A stretch of DNA of 64,000 nt from Octopus vulgaris (Eukaryota). The translations under genes and the position numbers were made by a program. The notes under the pieces are model-generated. The model saw only the letters and a list, made by a program, of their open reading frames with translations, was not told the DNA's origin and did no database searches. The stretch's first letter is position 1. Each line of letters begins with the position of its first letter. Positions 58,361 through 64,000 of the stretch are shown one piece after another. Location of the stretch: assembly GCA_951406725.2 (NCBI GenBank), contig OX597815.1, positions 42,036,001-42,100,000 on the forward strand. The letters run 5' to 3'.

Positions 58361-61300
58361 TATTTCTTTATTACCCACTAGGGGCCACATAGATGGGACA
58401 ATACAATCTGATGATGGGGTCAGACACACGAATGGGTTTTACAAAAAAGCGAATTTTAAAAATTTACAGAAATTTACAAAAATAGCAAGAAATCGAATGT
58501 TGGAACAGACCGGAAGACATTACGGGTGGAGTGGGTGCGGGTTTAGCTCTGACCCCACGAGCCCCGCCTCCCCACTGATACTTTTGGTTTCGTTTGGTTT
58601 TACATTTATGTTGTATCATTCACTCGCAACTTTCGTGCTACATCTTTCCATCGTTCTTCATACACTCTCTTAGTCAGGCATATTCTCTCCAGCCCTATCT
58701 TCCTTTTCAGGTGAAAGATGAAATAATTCATCAAACCAGGGCCGGAGATGAACTTGCCTGACTGTAGACCTTTCATTCTCGTCTTCCATATCACCTCTTT
58801 CGCAATTGCTACTACAACGAGAAAACGAAACTTACCTTCATTCGCGAGGAAATCCGGTGGGTCAATTTTTGTAATCGACTCAGTCGACAGCTGTACTCTT
58901 CGTGTACTTGACAACAGCTGTTCGGCATAAACCCACACCTCAGACACGTCCGGACAATGAACAATAGCGTGCGGGACGGTTTCCCTATCCCGCCCGCATC
59001 TTGGACATATCGGACTGTCTCGGCCACCGTGCCTTGCGAGTTTATCCCGAACAGGTAGAGCTCCTCTGTAGCATTGCCATGCCAGAGACTTCTGGAAGTT
59101 GTCCAGTGTCTTCGGCTTGAACGTACGTCGGAACAGACTGGCCAGCTGATTATCGTCGAGACATAGGGTTTCCCCCAAGGTATCTTCACATTCCGCCTCT
59201 ACCAACCCTCTATAGAAGAATGTGGTGGAACCCCCACCGCAGGCGTTACCCGAGCGACGGAATAGCAGGAGAGCCTTGCGACACTCCGTGTACCAAGTAC
59301 CAAGTTTCGATCTACGATTCAGCCAGGTTTCCCATCCACCGAAACTAGTGAACTTGGGAAACATCAGTTTTGCTAGCGGAGACCACACCCGTTCACCATC
59401 CAGATAGAGCCACAGATGTCTTAACCTCAGCGCATGTCTGCGCATCATCAGCCAAGGCATCCCTAGCCCACCCTTTAACGGTTGTTGACAGCAAGTAGAG
59501 CGTTTCACAAGTGGTTTCCCGCCCTTCCACAAGAAGTAGAAGAGCTGTCTTTCCAACTTGATCAACCACGAATCAGGGCAAGGAACGACGGAAAGGCGGT
59601 AGGTGATAACCGATGCGATAAACACATTAGCCACCTCCGCCCTCCCTTTCAGGGATAGCCACCGCCAAGACCAGGTCTTGGCTATTGCAGCCACCTTGCT
59701 CGTTACCTCGCCCCAATTCTTCTCTATTTGGAGGTCTGGACCGAACTAGACCCCTAGCAATTTAATCGGACCCTCCGTCCAACGTCCCACGACGCTGTCA
59801 GGAGGCATCGACTTGCCTCTCCAGGTGCCGAGTTGCAAGCCGACTGACTTTTCGCGATTAACTTTTGCTCCTGTCACCGTCTCGTAAACCTCTATGGCCT
59901 TGCCTACTTTACATAGGTGGTCCATTTCGGTTACGATGATGGTGATGTCATCCGCGTACGCTGACACCGATTTTCCATTAACTGGCTGTCTCGGGATGCC
60001 GCTCAGTTTTCGCAGTAGTGGCTCAAGAGCCATCACGTACAAAAGCAGGGAGAGCGGACACCCTTGACGAACCGAGCGTTTGATTTTGAACGGCTTCGAC
60101 AAGAAGCCGTTCACCCGAACTACCGAGTCGATGTTATCATAAATTTGGATAATTCACCTGAGGAAGCCAAGGCTCAGCCCGAACTGTGCCAGAGCAGATA
60201 CCAGGTAACGATGGTCGACCCTATCAAATGCTTTAGATTGGTCTAAATGGACCAGAGCCCCACCCTTGCCAGAATCATTATTAAACCCCTCTATAGTGTA
60301 CTGCATTAGATGGAGATTATCCTGAATGGTTCTGCCCGGAACGGCACATGTCTGTGCCTCCCCGATCAGACCATCCGCGACACGCGCCAATCTTTTCGAT
60401 AACACTTTGGCCAAAATCTTCAACTCTGTGTTTAGCAGAGTGATGGGCCTGAAATTATCAATGCACTCCCCCTTGCTCGGGTCCTTTCTGACGAGTGTCA
60501 CTACTCCCCGGCGCACAGATCTGGGTATAAGCCCGTTCTGCCACCAGTTCGCATAGACCTCCGCCAGTAGGTGCCCGAACAAGTCTGGCATACTCTTATA
60601 TAACTCATAGGGTAGACCATTCAAACCCGGCGCCTTGCCCGCGCCGCAGTCCGCCATTGCCTCAACCACCTCCTCAGGCGTGATTGGCCCTTCACAGCCC
60701 TCCGCATCTCGCCCCGTTAAGCGCGGCAGCCCGTCGAGTAGGTCCGTATAGGCTCTCCTCCTATCCAGTCCGCCGCACTCACCGAAAAGCTGAGCGAAGT
60801 GCTCCTGAAAGGCCTCACACATCTCCTCGGGTTCGTTTATCAACTCACCTTGTTGGTTCGTCAAAGATCGAATCGTGGCATCGTTACCACGCTTGGCTTC
60901 CACCACTCGGGCCCATCTCACGGCGTTGATTCCTTCACATCCCATATGGCGGATCCTAGCCCTGACAATGCAGCCCATGTGTTTGGCCTCGAGGTGCTGG
61001 TTTAACACCAGTCTCTTGGACGCCACCTGAGCCGCAGAGCCAGTTTTCAAGGCTTCCTCTAATTCCTTAACTAGAGTAGTTTCCCTCCTAGCCTCTCTAG
61101 CCACTACTCCTATGCTATATCTAATTGACTCGAACTTGATGGCTCGTTTGAGGGCGTACCACCATTTGTTATTAATGATGGTACCAGATAGTGCCCTCTG
61201 AATTATATCCCTAATCCGGTCTTTGTACTCCTTAATCGCCAAAAGGGACGTATTAAGTTTCCAGTAACCGGATCCTCTATTTTTAACCTTATCTATGTCA

Positions 61301-63551
61301 AGCTTACAGGTGACCATTTTATGATCACTGTAGCTGATCGGGTAAAACTGTGGACACTTAGCTATTTTTCTGTCTACTTTTCTAATTAGTATTCTATCTA
61401 AATATGACCTGGAAGATCCGTCGCTGTTTGACCATGTCCACAATGGAGCGTTCGGAAATTCCAGCCTATAAGGATCTGCTAGCTCAAAGCGGCTTAGCAG
61501 TTCCATGAAGCCACTGTTACCTTTTCTATCTGAACGCGAGCCAACACAATCTACATCCGCTTTGCAAATTGTGTTAAAGTCTCCTAGCACAACTAATGAA
61601 TGCGAAGTACTAAGAAAGTTTTCTAGTTCACGAAAATAATCACTTTGCCCTGTATGGTTGGGTGCGTAAATTGCAACCAGTCTGATAACTTTACCGTTAC
61701 TGAACGTCAAATCCATGACGACCAGCCTACCTTTTGGATCTGCAAAAATTAACTTTTTCTCAGAAACCCGGTTTCTTTTTATTAGGACCAACACCCCACT
61801 TCCGCCAGTAGGACTGCCAGGAGAGAAAAAACTCTCGTAGCCGTCAAACAGCGGGAGTAGACCTCTTGGCCCCTCTAACCGGGTTTCTGTAGCAACAATA
61901 ACATCTAAATTACGCGACCTGATATCATGCAGGAAGCGACCTTGCTTCCAGCCTGCTCCCAGGCCGCGCACATTCAAACAAGCAACATAAATGTAATCCA
62001 TTACTTACCTTTATATCAGTGGTTCGGTTTTCTCTTTCTCTTCTTTGTTTAACTCTTTTTCAGGGCCTCGTGGGGGAGTCTGACGTAGGCCCTCGAATAT
62101 ATGTGGAGATGTCACATCCATTCTAAGTGGGCCTACGTCATGGAAGAATTCGGATTTTATCCGCCCGTAATCCTTCCGGCCTATTCTGTAAACTACATAG
62201 TCGTTCTTTTTCCCTATTCTCTCCACTTTGGCCATAGCTGCCAATACGTTCCCAAGTCTGTTATTTGATGCCTTAACGGCCATATACGAGTTCATCGACT
62301 CTCTTTTCTTTTTTAAGTTCACTCTGGGAGGGGTGGTTTCCGTTTTTCTTTTTTTTTTCTGGTGATTTTTGCCCACCCCTCCCCATTTTTCTTTTCCTCG
62401 CTCTTATTTTCCTCCGCCGCTAGTTCTGCTGCCTTTTTCACCTCCACACCTTCAGTCGTCCCTTCTGGGCCGCCCGGCGCTGCTTCTGGTGACACTTTAT
62501 CTTCTTTTTCACCTGGCTGAGGTGCTTCCTGCGGTTTGGGTTTGGGTTGGCATTCCGCCCTTACATGACCCTTCTTGCCGCAGCCGAAGCACCTCGGCTT
62601 TCTGCCCTCCACGAAAACTGTTATTCTCTCTTCCTCACTTATTTTTAAAGTTTCTGGAATTTCCTCCAGTGTTTGAACTTCCGCCTGAATGGCTATTACT
62701 ATTTTCTGTCCTTTCCAAAATTCCTCTTCCTCCACTGTGGCCTGGAGGATGTTTATTTTTTCCTCCAGGCCTACCATCACTGCTGCCACTAGACATTCGG
62801 CATCTGCCTCTGGGGGAATGTTGTTCATCGTAATTCTCGATGTTCTTTTCCCTCTATACAAGGGGAGGAGAACAATGTTCTCCGCTTTAATCGGCTCCAT
62901 AGATAGTTTTTTCGCTATCTCCTCTGTAGTGAAACGCACCTCCACTGTGCCGTATCTCTTTCCTCTGTTAATGTAAGTTATTTTGTCCATTAATGGTTTA
63001 AGACAGTTTTTTCTTCAATTTTTTGGATCATTTTTGTCGTCGTGTTGAATGTCTTATAAATTCTTTTTTTTTCTATTTCATCGTGTTTTTGGACGTTTGT
63101 GACCACTGTCACTTCCGTGCCCTCTTTTTTTACACAGTCCGCATATTTTTCCAAATCTTCTACATTTATTTTTTAAATCTTTTTACCGGTCACTTCAGAG
63201 AATTTTTTCGCTGGTGCTGGGTTTTCCTTTTTCTTTGGTGACGTCGCCTCTTTTTTCTTTGGCGACACCGCCTCTTTTTTCCTTGGCGACATCGCCGGAT
63301 ACTCCTCTTCACTCGTCACGGGAGAATCAGAGAAGGGGGACTCCATCTTGAACAGTTGGCTTCACAAGCCCTTGGTAACTTCAAGATAATTGATATTTTT
63401 CCCTCACGGAGGGGGGAACACCAACGCGAAGTCCTCGCGCGAAGGCTGACTTCGACTGTTAGACAGCAATATACAAAACAGGTAGACAAACAGTAGAGAA
63501 TAACAGATAATAATACGATAGCAAAAATATATCAACTTACAATAAACGCAA
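58361..63551 (-). mobile_element. Tx1-like element F, full length, frameshifted
   Basis: ORF1 from ATG at 63346 to ~62011 (CFGCGKKGHVRAEC); ORF2 62001-58606 in three segments with EN, RT (SAYADD) and CPRC knuckle; flanking repeat aaaaaacacgacc at 58348-58360 and 63552-63564. Confidence 0.95.
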
Positions 63552-63684
63552 AAAAAACACGACCGTTCGATTCACTTCAACATTTAAATTTAATTTGTCA
63601 AAATATTTTCGTCGCTTTGAGACCGCGACCTGTTCACTGACAAAACTTCGTGCTGCATGGTTAGATTATATGAAGTATTCTAAT

Positions 63685-63914
63685 GCGGCGAGCTGGCAGA
63701 AACGTTAACACGCTGGGCGAAATGCTTAGCGGTATTTCGTCTGCCGTTACGTTCTGGGTTCAAATTCCGCCAAGGTCGACTTTGTCTTTCATCCTTTCGG
63801 GGTCGATAAATTAAGTACCAGTTACGCACTGGGGTCGATGTTATCGACTTTATCCCTTTGTCTGTCCTTGTTTGTCCCCTCTATGTTCAGCCCCTTGTGG
63901 GTAGTAAAGAAATA
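63685..63914 (+). mobile_element. Full-length Nin-type SINE with 16-bp TSD
   Basis: TSD tatatgaagtat(t/c)cta at 63667-63682 and 63915-63930; tail gccccttgtgggtagtaaagaaata. Confidence 0.9.
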
Positions 63915-64000
63915 TATATGAAGTATCCTACAAAGGGAGATAAAAACACTAAACATAGAAAAATATTTCTATTTCAAGGGACATAACTCTGAGAAATATT

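Noticed and set aside
58361-58380. Terminal AAATAG of the elements as a splice acceptor
   Set aside because: The preceding bases are purine-rich and the final G belongs to the TSD in B, D, F and the 30769 SINE.
47126-62976. Long plus-strand ORFs (e.g. 47126-47752, 50656-51381, 62369-62833) as genes
   Set aside because: They are antisense shadows of Lys/Glu-rich ORF1 and of ORF2, with low-complexity Phe/Ser/Leu composition.
41490-63570. Array as an assembly artefact or simple tandem duplication
   Set aside because: Units differ strongly in ORF1, UTRs and structure, and several have their own flanking duplications; individual frameshifts may still be sequencing errors.

Overview
AT-rich, microsatellite- and SINE-rich metazoan DNA, most likely an octopod cephalopod (inferred from repeat style, not checked against a database). 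The left third holds a complete six-coding-exon UBC9/UBE2I gene (+, 159 aa) whose introns carry piggyBac, Tc1/mariner, Gypsy, RTE and SINE debris. The middle holds a decayed CRE-like RT-RLE retrotransposon, a fold-back MITE dimer and an unassigned 263-aa ORF. From about 41.5 kb to 63.6 kb is an almost gap-free, head-to-tail, all-minus-strand array of six different Tx1/L1-clade non-LTR elements (called A-F here). Main observations in the array: (1) elements end without poly(A) in a shared stem-loop plus AATAAAGAAATA tail that is also the tail of an abundant tRNA/Nin-type SINE; (2) new copies sit at the 5' ends of earlier copies; (3) each assessable element has a consensus 5' splice donor at the ORF1/ORF2 boundary, and several have intron-like segments in the 5' UTR; (4) the array includes an ORF1-only element and an in-frame RT-deleted element. 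All alignments were made by eye; family names need database confirmation.
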